Below, piece after piece: positions 1 to 13,256 of a stretch of DNA of 64,000 bases. The stretch's first letter is position 1, and the number at the start of each line of letters is the position of its first letter. Below the pieces are notes generated by a model, which had not been told where the DNA came from, made no database searches, and saw only the letters and a program-made list of their open reading frames with translations. The translations under genes were made by a program, and so were the position numbers. This DNA comes from Eledone cirrhosa (Eukaryota). The DNA is taken from the NCBI GenBank assembly GCA_964016885.1, contig OZ024745.1, positions 42,408,001 to 42,472,000 on the forward strand, in the 5' to 3' direction.

Positions 1-3000
1 CTTCAGTGAACTATAGTCTCACCTTATTGCAGATGACTAGATGACTAGGCAATAGAATGCAGAGTGAGTCCTGGCTTCAGTGAAGTATAGTCTAGCCATT
101 GTTGCAGATGACTAGATGACTAGGCAATAGAATGCAGTGTGACTCCTGGCTTCAGTGAACTATAGTATCACCTTATTGCAGATGACTAGATGACTAGGCA
201 ATAGAATGCAGAGTGACACCTGGCTTCAGTGAACTATAGTCTCGCCTTATTGCAGATGACTAGATGACTAGGCAATAGAATGCAGAGTGACACCTGTCTT
301 CTGTGAAGTATAGTCTTACCATTGTTGCAGATGACTAGATGACTAGGCAATAGAATGCAGTGTGACTCCTGGCTTCAGTGAACTATAGTATCACCTTATT
401 GCAGATGACTAGATGACTAGGCAATAGTATGCAGAGTGACTCCTGGCTTCAGTGATGTATAGTCTCACCTTATTGCAGATGACTAGATGACTAGGCAATA
501 GAATGTAGAGTGACTCCTGGCTTCAGTGAACTATAGTCTCACCTTATTGCAGATGACTAGATGACTAGGCAATAGAATGCAGAGTGACACCTGTCTTCTG
601 TGAAGTATAATCTTACCATTGTTGCAGATGACTAGATGACTAGGCAATCGAATGCAGAGTGACACCTGGCTTCAGTGAACTATAGTCTCACCTTATTGCC
701 GATGACTAGATTACTAGGCAATAGAATGCAGAGTGACTCCTGGCTTCAGTGAACTATAGTCTCACCTTATTGCAGATGACTAGATGACTAGGCAATAGAA
801 TGCAGAGTGAGTCCTGGCTTCAGTGAAGTATAGTCTAGCCATTGTTGCAGATGACTAGATGACTAGGCAATAGAATGCAGAGTGACTCCTGGCTTCAGTG
901 AACTATAGTATCACCTTATTGCAGATGATTAGATGACTAGGCAATAGAATGCAGAGTGACTCCTGGCTTCAGTGAACTATAGTCTCACCTTATTGCAGAT
1001 GGCTAGATGACTAGGCAATAGAATGCAGAGTGATACCTGTCTTCTGTGAAGTATAGTCTTACCATTGTTGCAGATGACTAGATGACTAGGCAATAGAATG
1101 CAGTGTGACTCCTGGCTTCAGTGAACTATAGTATCACCTTATTGCAGATGACTAGATGACTAGGCAATAGTATGCAGAGTGACTCCTGGCTTCAGTGATG
1201 TATAGTCTCACCTTATTGCAGATGACTAGATGACTAGGCAATAGAATGTAGAGTGACTCCTGGCTTCAGTGAACTATAGTCTTACCATTGTTGCAGATGA
1301 CTAGATGACTAGGCAATAGAATGCAGAGTGAGTCCTGGCTTCAGTGAAGTATAGTCTAGCCATTGTTGCAGATGACTAGATGACTAGGCAATAGAATGCA
1401 GAGTGACTCCTGGCTTCAGTGAACTATAGTATCACCTTATTGCAGATGATTAGATGACTAGGCAATAGAATGCAGAGTGACCCTTGGCTTCAGTGAACTA
1501 TAGTCTCACCTTATTGCAGATGACTAGATGACTAGGCAATAGAATGCAGAGTGACACCTGTCTTCTGTGAAGTATAGTCTTACCATTGTTGCAGATGACT
1601 AGATGACTAGGCAATAGAATGCAGAGTGACACCTGGCTTCAGTGAACTATAGTCTCGCCTTATTGCAGATGACTAGATGACTAGGCAATAGAATGCAGAG
1701 TGACTCCTGGCTTAAGTGAACTATAGTCTCACCTTATTGCAGATGACTAGATGACTAGGCAATAGAATGCAGAGTGACTCCTGGCTTCAGTGATGTATAG
1801 TCTCACCTTATTGCAGATGACTAGATGACTAGGCAATAGAATGTAGAGTGACTCCTGGCTTCAGTGAACTATAGTCTCACCTTATTGCAGATGACTAGAT
1901 GACTAGGCAATAGAATGCAGAGTGACACCTGTCTTCTGTGAAGTATAATCTTACCATTGTTGCAGATGACTAGATGACTAGGCAATCGAATGCAGAGTGA
2001 CGCCTGTCTTCAGTGAACTATAGTCTCACCTTATTGCCGATGACTAGATTACTAGGCAATAGAATGCAGAGTGACTCCTGGCTTCAGTGAACTATAGTCT
2101 CACCTTATTGCAGATGACTAGATGACTAGGCAATAGAATGCAGAGTGAGTCCTGGCTTCAGTGAAGTATAGTCTAGCCATTGTTGCAGATGACTAGATGA
2201 CTAGGCAATAGAATGCAGAGTGACTCCTGGCTTCAGTGAACTATAGTATCACCTTATTGCAGATGATTAGATGACTAGGCAATAGAATGCAGAGTGACTC
2301 CTGGCTTCAGTGAACTATAGTCTCACCTTATTGCAGATGACTAGATGACTAGGCAATAGAATGCAGAGTGAGTCCTGGCTTCAGTGAAGTATAGTCTAGC
2401 CATTGTTGCAGATGACTAGATGACTAGGCAATAGAATGCAGTGTGACTCCTGGCTTCAGTGAACTATAGTATCACCTTATTGCAGATGACTAGATGACTA
2501 GGCAATAGAATGCAGACTGACTCCTGGCTTCAGTGAACTATAGTCTTACCATTGTTGCAGATGACTAGATGACTAGGCAATAGAATGCAGAGTGAGTCCT
2601 GGCTTCAGTGAAGTATAGTCTAGCCATTGTTGCAGATGACTAGATGACTAGGCAATAAAATGCAGAGTGACTCCTGGCTTCAGTGAACTATAGTATCACC
2701 TTATTGCAGATGATTAGATGACTAGGCAATAGAATGCAGAGTGAGACCTGTCTTCTGTGAAGTATAGTCTTACCATTGTTGCAGATGACTAGATGACTAG
2801 GCAATAGAATGCAGAGTGACACCTGGCTTCAGTGAACTATAGTCTCGCCTTATTGCAGATGACTAGATGACTAGGCCATAGAATGCAGAGTGACTCCTGG
2901 CTTAAGTGAACTATAGTCTCACCTTAATGCAGATGACTAGATGACTAGGCAATAGAATGCAGAGTGACTCCTGGCTTCAGTGATGTATAGTCTCACCTTA

Positions 3001-6000
3001 TTGCAGATGACTAGATGACTAGGCAATAGAATGCAGAGTGACTCCTGGCTTCAGTGAACTATAGTCTCACCTTATTGCAGATGACTAGATGACTAGGCAA
3101 TAGAATGCAGAGTGAGTCCTGGCTTCAGTGAAGTATAGTCTAGCCATTGTTGCAGATGACTAGATGACTAGGCAATAGAATGCAGTGTGACTCCTGGCTT
3201 CAGTGAACTATAGTATCACCTTATTGCAGATGACTAGATGACTAGCCAATAGAATGCAGAGTGACTCCTGGCTTCAGTGAACTATAGTCTCACCTTATTG
3301 CAGATGACTAGATGACTAGGCAATAGAATGCAGAGTGACACCTGTCTTGTGTGAAGTATAGTCTTACCATTGTTGCAGATGACTAGATGACTAGGCAATC
3401 GAATGCAGAGTGACACCTGGCTTCAGTGAACTATAGTCTCACCTTATTGCCGATGACTAGATTACTAGGCAATAGAATGCAGATTGACTCCTGCTTCAGT
3501 GAACTATAGTCTCACCTTATTGCAGATGACTAGATGACTAGGCAATAGAATGCAGTGTGAGTCCTGGCTTCAGTGAAGTATAGTCTAGCCATTGTTGCAG
3601 ATGACTAGATGACTAGGCAATAGAATGCAGAGTGACTCCTGGCTTCAGTGAACTATAGTATCACCTTATTGCAGATGATTAGATGACTAGGCAATAGAAT
3701 GCAGAGTGACTCCTGGCTTCAGTGAACTATAGTCTCACCTTATTGCAGATGGCTAGATGACTAGGCAATAGAATGCAGAGTGACACCTGTCTTCTGTGAA
3801 GTATAGTCTTACCATTGTTGCAGATGACTAGATGACTAGGCAATAGAATGCAGTGTGACTCCTGGCTTCAGTGAACTATAGTATCACCTTATTGCAGATG
3901 ACTAGATGACTAGGCAATAGAATGCAGAGTGACTCCTGGCTTCAGTGATGTATAGTCTCACCTTATTGCAGATGACTAGATGACTAGGCAATAGAATGTA
4001 GAGTGACTCCTGGCTTCAGTGAACTATAGTCTCACCTTATTGCAGATGACTAGATGACTAGGCAATAGAATGCAGAGTGACACCTGTCTTCTGTGAAGTA
4101 TAATCTTACCATTGTTGCAGATGACTAGATGACTAGGCAATCAAATGCAGAGTGACACCTGGCTTCAGTGAACTATAGTCTCACCTTATTGCCGATGACT
4201 AGATTACTAGGCAATAGAATGCAGAGTGACACCTGGCTTCAGTGAACTATAGTCTCGCCTTATTGCAGATGACTAGATGACTAGGCCATAGAATGCAGAG
4301 TGACTCCTGGCTTAAGTGAACTATAGTCTCACCTTAATGCAGATGACTAGATGACTAGGCAATAGAATGCAGAGTGACTCCTGGCTTCAGTGATGTATAG
4401 TCTCACCTTATTGCAGATGACTAGATGACTAGGCAATAGAATGCAGAGTGACTCCTGGCTTCAGTGAACTATAGTCTCACCTTATTGCAGATGACTAGAT
4501 GACTAGGCAATAGAATGCAGAGTGAGTCCTGGCTTCAGTGAAGTATAGTCTAGCCATTGTTGCAGATGACTAGATGACTAGGCAATAGAATGCAGTGTGA
4601 CTCCTGGCTTCAGTGAACTATAGTATCACCTTATTGCAGATGACTAGATGACTAGCCAATAGAATGCAGAGTGACTCCTGGCTTCAGTGAACTATAGTCT
4701 CACCTTATTGCAGATGACTAGATGACTAGGCAATAGAATGCAGAGTGACACCTGTCTTGTGTGAAGTATAGTCTTACCATTGTTGCAGATGACTAGATGA
4801 CTAGGCAATCGAATGCAGAGTGACACCTGGCTTCAGTGAACTATAGTCTCACCTTATTGCCGATGACTAGATTACTAGGCAATAGAATGCAGATTGACTC
4901 CTGCTTCAGTGAACTATAGTCTCACCTTATTGCAGATGACTAGATGACTAGGCAATAGAATGCAGTGTGAGTCCTGGCTTCAGTGAAGTATAGTCTAGCC
5001 ATTGTTGCAGATGACTAGATGACTAGGCAATAGAATGCAGAGTGACTCCTGGCTTCAGTGAACTATAGTATCACCTTATTGCAGATGATTAGATGACTAG
5101 GCAATAGAATGCAGAGTGACTCCTGGCTTCAGTGAACTATAATCTCACCTTATTGCAGATGGCTAGATGACTAGGCAATAGAATGCAGAGTGACACCTGT
5201 CTTCTGTGAAGTATAGTCTTACCATTGTTGCAGATGACTAGATGACTAGGCAATAGAATGCAGTGTGACTCCTGGCTTCAGTGAACTATAGTATCACCTT
5301 ATTGCAGATGACTAGATGACTAGGCAATAGAATGCAGAGTGACTCCTGGCTTCAGTGATGTATAGTCTCACCTTATTGCAGATGACTAGATGACTAGGCA
5401 ATAGAATGTAGAGTGACTCCTGGCTTCAGTGAACTATAGTCTCACCTTATTGCAGATGACTAGATGACTAGGCAATAGAATGCAGAGTGACACCTGTCTT
5501 CTGTGAAGTATAATCTTACCATTGTTGCAGATGACTAGATGACTAGGCAATCAAATGCAGAGTGACACCTGGCTTCAGTGAACTATAGTCTCACCTTATT
5601 GCCGATGACTAGATTACTAGGCAATAGAATGCAGAGTGACTCCTGGCTTCAGTGAACTATAGTCTCACCTTATTGCAGATGACTAGATGACTAGGCAATA
5701 GAATGCAGAGTGAGTCCTGGCTTCAGTGAAGTATAGTCTAGCCATTGTTGCAGATGACTAGATGACTAGGCAATAGAATGCAGAGTGACTCCTGGCTTCA
5801 GTGAACTATAGTATCACCTTATTGCAGATGATTAGATGACTAGGCAATAGAATGCAGAGTGACTCCTGGCTTCAGTGAACTATAGTCTCACCTTATTGCA
5901 GATGGCTAGATGACTAGGCAATAGAATGCAGAGTGATACCTGTCTTCTGTGAAGTATAGTCTTACCATTGTTGCAGATGACTAGATGACTAGGCAAATGA

Positions 6001-9000
6001 ATGCAGTGTGACTCCTGGCTTCAGTGAACTATAGTATCACCTTATTGCAGATGACTAGATGACTAGGCAATAGTATGCAGAGTGACTCCTGGCTTCAGTG
6101 ATGTATAGTCTCACCTTATTGCAGATGACTAGATGACTAGGCAATAGAATGTAGAGTGACTCCTGGCTTCAGTGAAGTATAGTCTAGCCATTGTTGCAGA
6201 TGACTAGATGACTAGGCAATAAAATGCAGAGTGACTCCTGGCTTCAGTGAACTATAGTATCACCTTATTGCAGATGATTAGATGACTAGGCAATAGAATG
6301 CAGAGTGACTCCTGGCTTCAGTGAACTATAGTCTCACCTTATTGCAGATGACTAGATGACTAGGCAATAGAATGCAGAGTGAGACCTGTCTTCTGTGAAG
6401 TATAGTCTTACCATTGTTGCAGATGACTAGATGACTAGGCAATAGAATGCAGAGTGACACCTGGCTTCAGTGAACTATAGTCTCGCCTTATTGCAGATGA
6501 CTAGATGACTAGGCAATAGAATGCAGAGTGACTCCTGGCTTAAGTGAACTATAGTCTCACCTTAATGCAGATGACTAGATGACTAGGCAATAGAATGCAG
6601 AGTGACTCCTGGCTTCAGTGATGTATAGTCTCACCTTATTGCAGATGACTAATTGACTAGGCAATAGAATGTAGAGTGACTCCTGGCTTCAGTGAACTAT
6701 AGTCTCACCTTATTGCAGATGACTAGATGACTAGGCAATAGAATGCAGAGTGACACCTGTCTTCTGTGAAGTATAATCTTACCATTGTTGCAGATGACTA
6801 GATGACTAGGCAATCGAATGCAGAGTGACACCTGGCTTCAGTGAACTATAGTCTCACCTTATTGCCGATGACTAGATTACTAGGCAATAGAATGCAGAGT
6901 GACTCCTGGCTTCAGTGAACTATAGTCTCACCTTATTGCAGATGACTAGATGACTAGGCAATAGAATGCAGAGTGAGTCCTGGCTTCAGTGAAGTATAGT
7001 CTAGCCATTGTTGCAGATGACTAGATGACTAGGCAATAGAATGCAGAGTGACTCCTGGCTTCAGTGAACTATAGTATCACCTTATTGCAGATGATTAGAT
7101 GACTAGGCAATAGAATGCAGAGTGACTCCTGGCTTCAGTGTACTATAGTCTCACCTTATTGCAGATGACTAGATGACTAGGCAATAGAATGCAGAGTGAC
7201 ACCTGTCTTCTGTGAAGTATAGTCTTACCATTGTTGCAGATGACTAGATGACTAGGCAATAGAATGCAGTGTGACTCCTGGCTTCAGTGAACTATAGTAT
7301 CACCTTATTGCAGATGACTAGATGACTAGGCAATAGAATGCAGAGTGACTCCTGGCTTCAGTGAACTATAGTCTCACCTTATTGCAGATGACTAGATGAC
7401 TAGGCAATAGAATGCAGAGTGACACCTGTCTTGTGTGAAGTATAGTCTTACCATTGTTGCAGATGACTAGATGACTAGGCAATCGAATGCAGAGTGACAC
7501 CTGGCTTCAGTGAACTATAGTCTCACCTTATTGCAGATGACTAAATTACTAGGCAATAGAATGCAGAGTGACTCCTGGCTTCAGTGAACTATAGTCTCAC
7601 CTTATTGCAGATGACTAGATGACTAGGCAATAGAATGCAGAGTGACTCCTGGCTTCAGTGAACTATAGTATCACCTTATTGCAGATGATTAGATGACTAG
7701 GCAATAGAATGCAGAGTGACTCCTGGCTTCAGTGAACTATAGTCTCACCTTATTGCAGATGGCTAGATGACTAGGCAATAGAATGCAGAGTGATACCTGT
7801 CTTCTGTGAAGTATAGTCTTACCATTGTTGCAGATGACTAGATGACTAGGCAATAGAATGCAGAGTGACACCTGTCTTCTGTGAAGTATAGTCTTACCAT
7901 TGTTGCAGATGACTAGATGACTAGGCAATAGAATGCAGAGTGACACCTGGCTTCAGTGAACTATAGTCTCACCTTATTGCAGATGACTAGATGACTAGGC
8001 AATAGAATGCAGAGTGACACCTGGCTTCAGTGAACTATAGTCTCACCTTATTGCCGATGACTAGATTACTAGGCAATAGAATGCAGAGTGAGTCCTGGCT
8101 TCAGTGAAGTATAGTCTAGCCATTGTTGCAGATGACTAGATGACTAGGCAATAGAATGCAGAGTGACTCCTGGCTTCAGTGAACTATAGTCTCACCTTAT
8201 TGCAGATGACTAGATGACTAGGCAATAGAATGCAGAGTGAGTCCTGGCTTCAGTGAAGTATAGTCTAACCATTGTTGCAGATGACTAGATGACTAGGCAA
8301 TAGAATGCAGAGTGACTCCTGGTTTCAGTGAAGCATAGTCTAACCATTGTTGCCGATGACTAGATGACTAGGCAATAGAATGCAGAGTGACTCCTGGCTT
8401 AAGTGAACTATAGTCTCACCTTATTGCAGTTGACTATATGACTAGGCAATAGAATGCAGAGTGGTCCTGGCTTCAGTGAAGTATAGTCTAACCATTGTTG
8501 CAGATGACTAGATGACTAGGCAATAGAATGCAGAGTGACTCCTTGCTTCAGTGAACTATAGTCTCACCTTATTGCAGATGAATAGATGACTAGGCAATAG
8601 AATGCGGAGTGTCTCCTGGTTTCAGTGAAGCATAGTCTCACCTTATTGCAGATGACTAGATGACTAGGCAATAGAATGCAGAGTGACTCCTGGCTTCAGT
8701 GAAGTATAGTCACACCTTATTGCAGATGACTAGATGACTAGGCAATAGAATGCAGAGTGACTCCTGGCTTCAGTGAACTATAGTCTCACCTTATTGCAGA
8801 TGACTAGATGACTAGGCAATAGAATGCAGAGTGACTCCTGGCTTAAGTGAACTATAGTCTCACCTTATTGCAGATGACTAGATGACTAGGCAATAGAATG
8901 CAGAGTGACTCCTGGCTTAAGTGAACTATAGTCTCGCCTTATTGCAGATGACTAGATGACTAGGCAATAGAATGCAGAGTGACTCCTGACTTCATTGAAC

Positions 9001-9711
9001 TATAGTCTCACCTTATTGCAGATGACTATATGACTAGGCAATAGAATGCAGAGTGAGTCCTGGCTTCAGTGAAGTATAGTCTAACCATTGTTGCAGATGA
9101 CTAGATGACTAGGCAATAGAATGCAGAGTGACTCCTTGCTTCAGTGAACTATAGTCTCACCTTATTGCAGATGAATAGATGACTAGGCAATAGAATGCAG
9201 AGTGACTCCTGGCTTCAGTGAACTATAGTCTCACCTTATTGCAGATGACTAGATGACTAGGCAATAGAATGCAGAGTGACTCCTGGCTTCACTGAACTAT
9301 AGTCTCACCTTATTGCAGATGACTAGATGACTAGACAATAGAATGCAGAGTGACTCCTGACTTCAGTGAACTATAGTCTCACCTTATTGAAGATGACTTG
9401 ATGACTAGGCAATAGAATGCAGAGTGACTCCTGGCTTCTGTGAACTGTAGTCTAACCATTGTTGCAGATGACTAGATGACTAGGCAATAGAATGCAGAGT
9501 GACTCCTGGCTTCAGTGAACTATAGTCTAACCATATTGCAGATGACTAGATGACTAGGCAATAGAATGCAGAGTGACTCCTGGCTTCAGTGAAGTATAGT
9601 CTAACCATTGTTGCAGATGACTAGATGACTAGGCAATAGAATGCAGAGTGATTCCTGGCTTCAGTGAAGTATAGTCTCACCTTATATCAGATGACTAGAT
9701 GACTCGGCAAT
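1..9711. repeat. Tandem satellite array, 74/75-bp monomer, roughly 130 copies, extends beyond the window start
   Basis: Seen: monomer CTTCAGTGAACTATAGTCTCACCTTATTGCAGATGACTAGATGACTAGGCAATAGAATGCAGAGTGACTCCTGG (1-74) and a 75-bp variant with GAAGTATAGTCT(AG/TA)CCATTGTTG (75-149). Divergence rises after about 8200 and the array ends at GACTCGGCAAT 9711. Confidence 0.98.
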
Positions 9712-9756
9712 TATACGAATTTTTGTGAACGAACACTGAGTAGTGTTATAAATTAA

Positions 9757-10020
9757 AATAATTGTTTCTACTGTTGGCACAAGGCCAGCAATTTCCCCAG
9801 TGTATTACTGGTACTTTATTTTATCGACCCCGTAAGGATGAAAGGCAAAGTTAACCTTAAAGTTAACCTTAAAGTTAACCTTAAAATAATTGTTTCTACT
9901 TTTGGCACAAGGCCAGCAAATAGACAGTGCATTACTGGTACTTTATTTTATCGACCCCGTAAGGATGAAAGGCAAAGTTAACCAAGGCGAGATTTGAACT
10001 CAGAATGGCAAGGGCCGTTT
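9757..10020 (-). mobile_element. Two tandem partial copies of the main tRNA-derived SINE family, with a triplicated 12-mer AAAGTTAACCTT
   Basis: Seen: reverse complement of the SINE at 25386-25575 (GTACTTTATTTTATCGACCCCGTAAGGATGAAAGGCAAAGTTAACC occurs twice). Confidence 0.85.
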
Positions 10021-12091
10021 AACCTTAAAATAATGACTGGAAGAAATACTCAATTCGCTTTATAGATCAGACATCACTTTATATCTTTGTCCCATTAATC
10101 AATTTTATCTATCCTACCAAATAGATGAAAAAAGATGTCCTTAAAAAGAATGTTACATGCATCTAACCAGGCTCAATGAGCAATTGTTATGCATACTATA
10201 GTAATAGGAAATCAAAGAACTTTGTTGTATGAAATAACTTTGGTGTCAAGCCTGTTCGAACCATCGGTATTACAATAGTACAAATGTAATTATAGATTCA
10301 CGTATAGAAATTAGTTTCGATTTCTACTACAAACCCTTAACATTCACAACCCTTTTGTAACTTTCGACTATGCCAAATGAACCATATAGTTTTATTTTTA
10401 AACTCTTGCAAAATGAAATAATATAAAAAGCTATACATATGAAATATTAATTCGCAAAATTCTATCACGACAGAATTCAGTTATAAAGGATGAATAAAAA
10501 AACAAATAGCCCCATTTTTATTTTTTTGTCTATATTATTCATTTTTAGACAAAAATTGATGACATCCCAAGTATCTTCAGTTCAAACCATTAAAACAATA
10601 TATCAAAAATTATATATCTACTATTTACTCAAAAAGGTTGATCTATAAAGGGTTCCAGTCTTTTGTTTCTATTGGCTATTTTTGTAACTCATTTCAAATC
10701 GTTTCTAAAGATTGATCATAATTATAGAATTATTATTATTATTATTTTCTTATATTGACAATAAAACACACACACAATTTGATTTCCATTTAAACTTTAT
10801 AATTAGTTCTTCGTGAGTTAGCCAAAGTTCTTTCGGGACATATTCTGTGACTTCCTCAATGACGATTCGTTTTCCTCTGTGCCTCGTCTTCTTTCTGTTC
10901 TTCCTTTGTTTACACCATCTATTTTTTTTCTGTGTAACGAAAGAACTTTGACGAATTAACGAATAGTTAATAATAAATCTGAAATGAAAATCAAATAGTG
11001 CGGGTGTTTTTATTGGCAATCTTGATAACATGGCCATCTCGGTTTCAACACACGACTTCACATTAAGAATGCTGCAAATCAAATACATATTTTTATTTAT
11101 TTTTACTAAATATTCGTATCTTAATCAGAACTCACAAAATTTTGGTCAAATTTATGTCGTTTACTTTCTGTCTCGTACATTCTCCAACGCCCTCTCTCTC
11201 TCTCTCACTCTCTCTCTCTCTCCCACTATTGCGAGTACTCTTCTCTTCACTCAATTTCACTTTTACTAAATCTCTATTACTCTCTCAGCGTTTTCTCTTT
11301 TGATTCTCTCTTCAATTTCTTATTCTCACTCTCGGACACATTTTCTCGCTTATTTCGTTCTCTTTCTTTTACTTTGATAGCTTTAGGGTATTACACATTT
11401 AAATCATTTTATCAGAGCCAATTGTTCTTCGAGGTCATGTGACTACACGCCATGACAGCTTTCTAATAGGATCAACAATAACAAGAACAACCGCAGTAGC
11501 AAGTAAAGACGCAACAGCAGCAGCAGAAAAAAATAGGAAAATGGTAGCATTTAAAACGAAGCTGGATCGCTTGCTTTGGAAATTTTTCAGCAGCCTTAAC
11601 AGATCCAAGCGTTATTTGTGCTTATTGACACGTTGTTTTGCCCGAGGAAATACCGTTCATACCGGAAGTGGGTTTCTGCATGCTATTCACTTACCGTGGA
11701 ACGACGGAAACCAACGACGAAGTTAAAGGATAAAAAAAAGTTAATACGTAATAATTAAGAAGAAAGAATTTACTACTTTAAATAGGCATCAGAATTTGGC
11801 AATAAATTAAACTGTATCTAGCCTCGCTGGATGTCGATTAAGTTATATAGTGTTACCTGGAGGGCTTAAAGCTGAAGAAGGATTATAAATTCGTGAATGC
11901 TTTACAATATGTGAAATTGAGAATGGTTTACAATGATTTTCTGTGTAATGCATTTATATGAACGCACATGTAGGCATGTGCAGCTCTCTCTCTATCTCTC
12001 TCTCACTCTCTCTCTCTCTCACTCTCTCTCCCTCTCTCTCACTCACTCTCTCTCATTTTTTCTCTCTTTATATATATATATTATATATGTG

Positions 12092-12153
<62 letters not shown>

Positions 12154-12455
12154 TACATGTCTGTGAGTGTGATAGGCGCAATTATGTGAAAATGGGCCAC
12201 GTATGAATGTTTTTGTATGTATATAAATATATTCGACGTTTTGTATGTATACAAATCTATTCGACGTTTGGGAAAGGTTCACGATGTATTCGAATTTGTG
12301 TAAATGTATCTGTGCACCGTTTGTGTGTATCATACTTAGGTGGGTAGTATGTTATCACTTATACCGGTTTGTAAGTACACACACACACACAAATTCTTTC
12401 CTCCTTTCTCTACATACACACTCTCTCTCTCTCTCACAGACACACACAGATACAT

Positions 12456-12528
<73 letters not shown>

Positions 12529-12530
<2 letters not shown>

Positions 12531-12652
12531 AAATTGTTTGATCCCGACGGCAGAGCTCAAACCGTTTCGATGGGTATTTCTAGTACCCACTCTACTACCC
12601 TAAGTATTGAGTACTCTGGTGCGTGATGGTCCATCTGGTTCCTTACCACACC

Positions 12653-12657
<5 letters not shown>
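12529..12657. mobile_element. Short insert between two (TA)n tracts: 3' half of a hammerhead on the minus strand joined head-to-head to a plus-strand 3' tail
   Basis: Seen on minus strand 12588->12541: TGGGTA-ctagaaa-TACCCA-tc-GAAA-CGGT-ttgagctct-GCCG-TC-gggat (stem II, GAAA, stem III, GUC). The CUGANGA half is missing. Plus strand carries ACTC...TATTGAGTAC (12589-12614). Confidence 0.5.
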
Positions 12658-12721
<64 letters not shown>

Positions 12722-12722
<1 letters not shown>

Positions 12723-13256
12723 TTTCTTACTCTACGACTCCTAACCTTGCACATAACATCACAGCTTCAAATTTATCTAAACTACCTAGACGTAGAAACA
12801 CGTGCAACCCTGTAGCTAGTACTAACTGTAATTGTAGGAATCGGGTTGACTGCCCCCTATCCGGGAAATGCCTCTCTAGTAACATTGTCTACAAATGTAA
12901 GATAGTCCCGTAGGGCCTACATAGGGTTAACCGCCAATAGATTCAAGCAGCGTCTTTACATGCATACTCATTCTTTTCTTAACCCTTTAAGAAGGAATAT
13001 GACGTCACTTTCTGCTTATATCTGGAGTCTAAAAGACAACCACACCCAATATAAGTTACACTGGGAGATCCTAGCTAAGGCTAGATCGTATTATGGAAAT
13101 AAAAGACCGTTTAACCTCTGCGCCGCTGAGGCCCTGGAAATCATCTACGCCAAAGACCACATCTTAAACAAAAAATCTGAGGCAATTTTGGCTTGTAAAC
13201 ATAAATTGCACAACACTTTCCTGTATTACAGCCCCACATTATACCCTAACGGATAG
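12722..13256 (+). pseudogene. Penelope-like element (probably Neptune-type): Cys-rich linker plus GIY-YIG endonuclease, 5'-truncated and disrupted
   Basis: Seen: CNCRNRVDCPLSGKCLSSNIVYKC...GLTANRFKQRLYMHTHSF...TSLSAYIWSLK...LHWEIL...NLCAAE...LNKKSE...CKH. Established: this pattern is the C-terminal GIY-YIG domain of PLEs with a Cys-rich linker. A stop and deletion occur near 12911. Confidence 0.88.

Noticed and set aside
1-9711. Satellite as a CRISPR array, tRNA array or coding repeat (ORF 7737-7946)
   Set aside because: No unique spacers, no cas genes and no A/B boxes. The ORF arises from three adjacent 75-bp variants that happen to lack stops.
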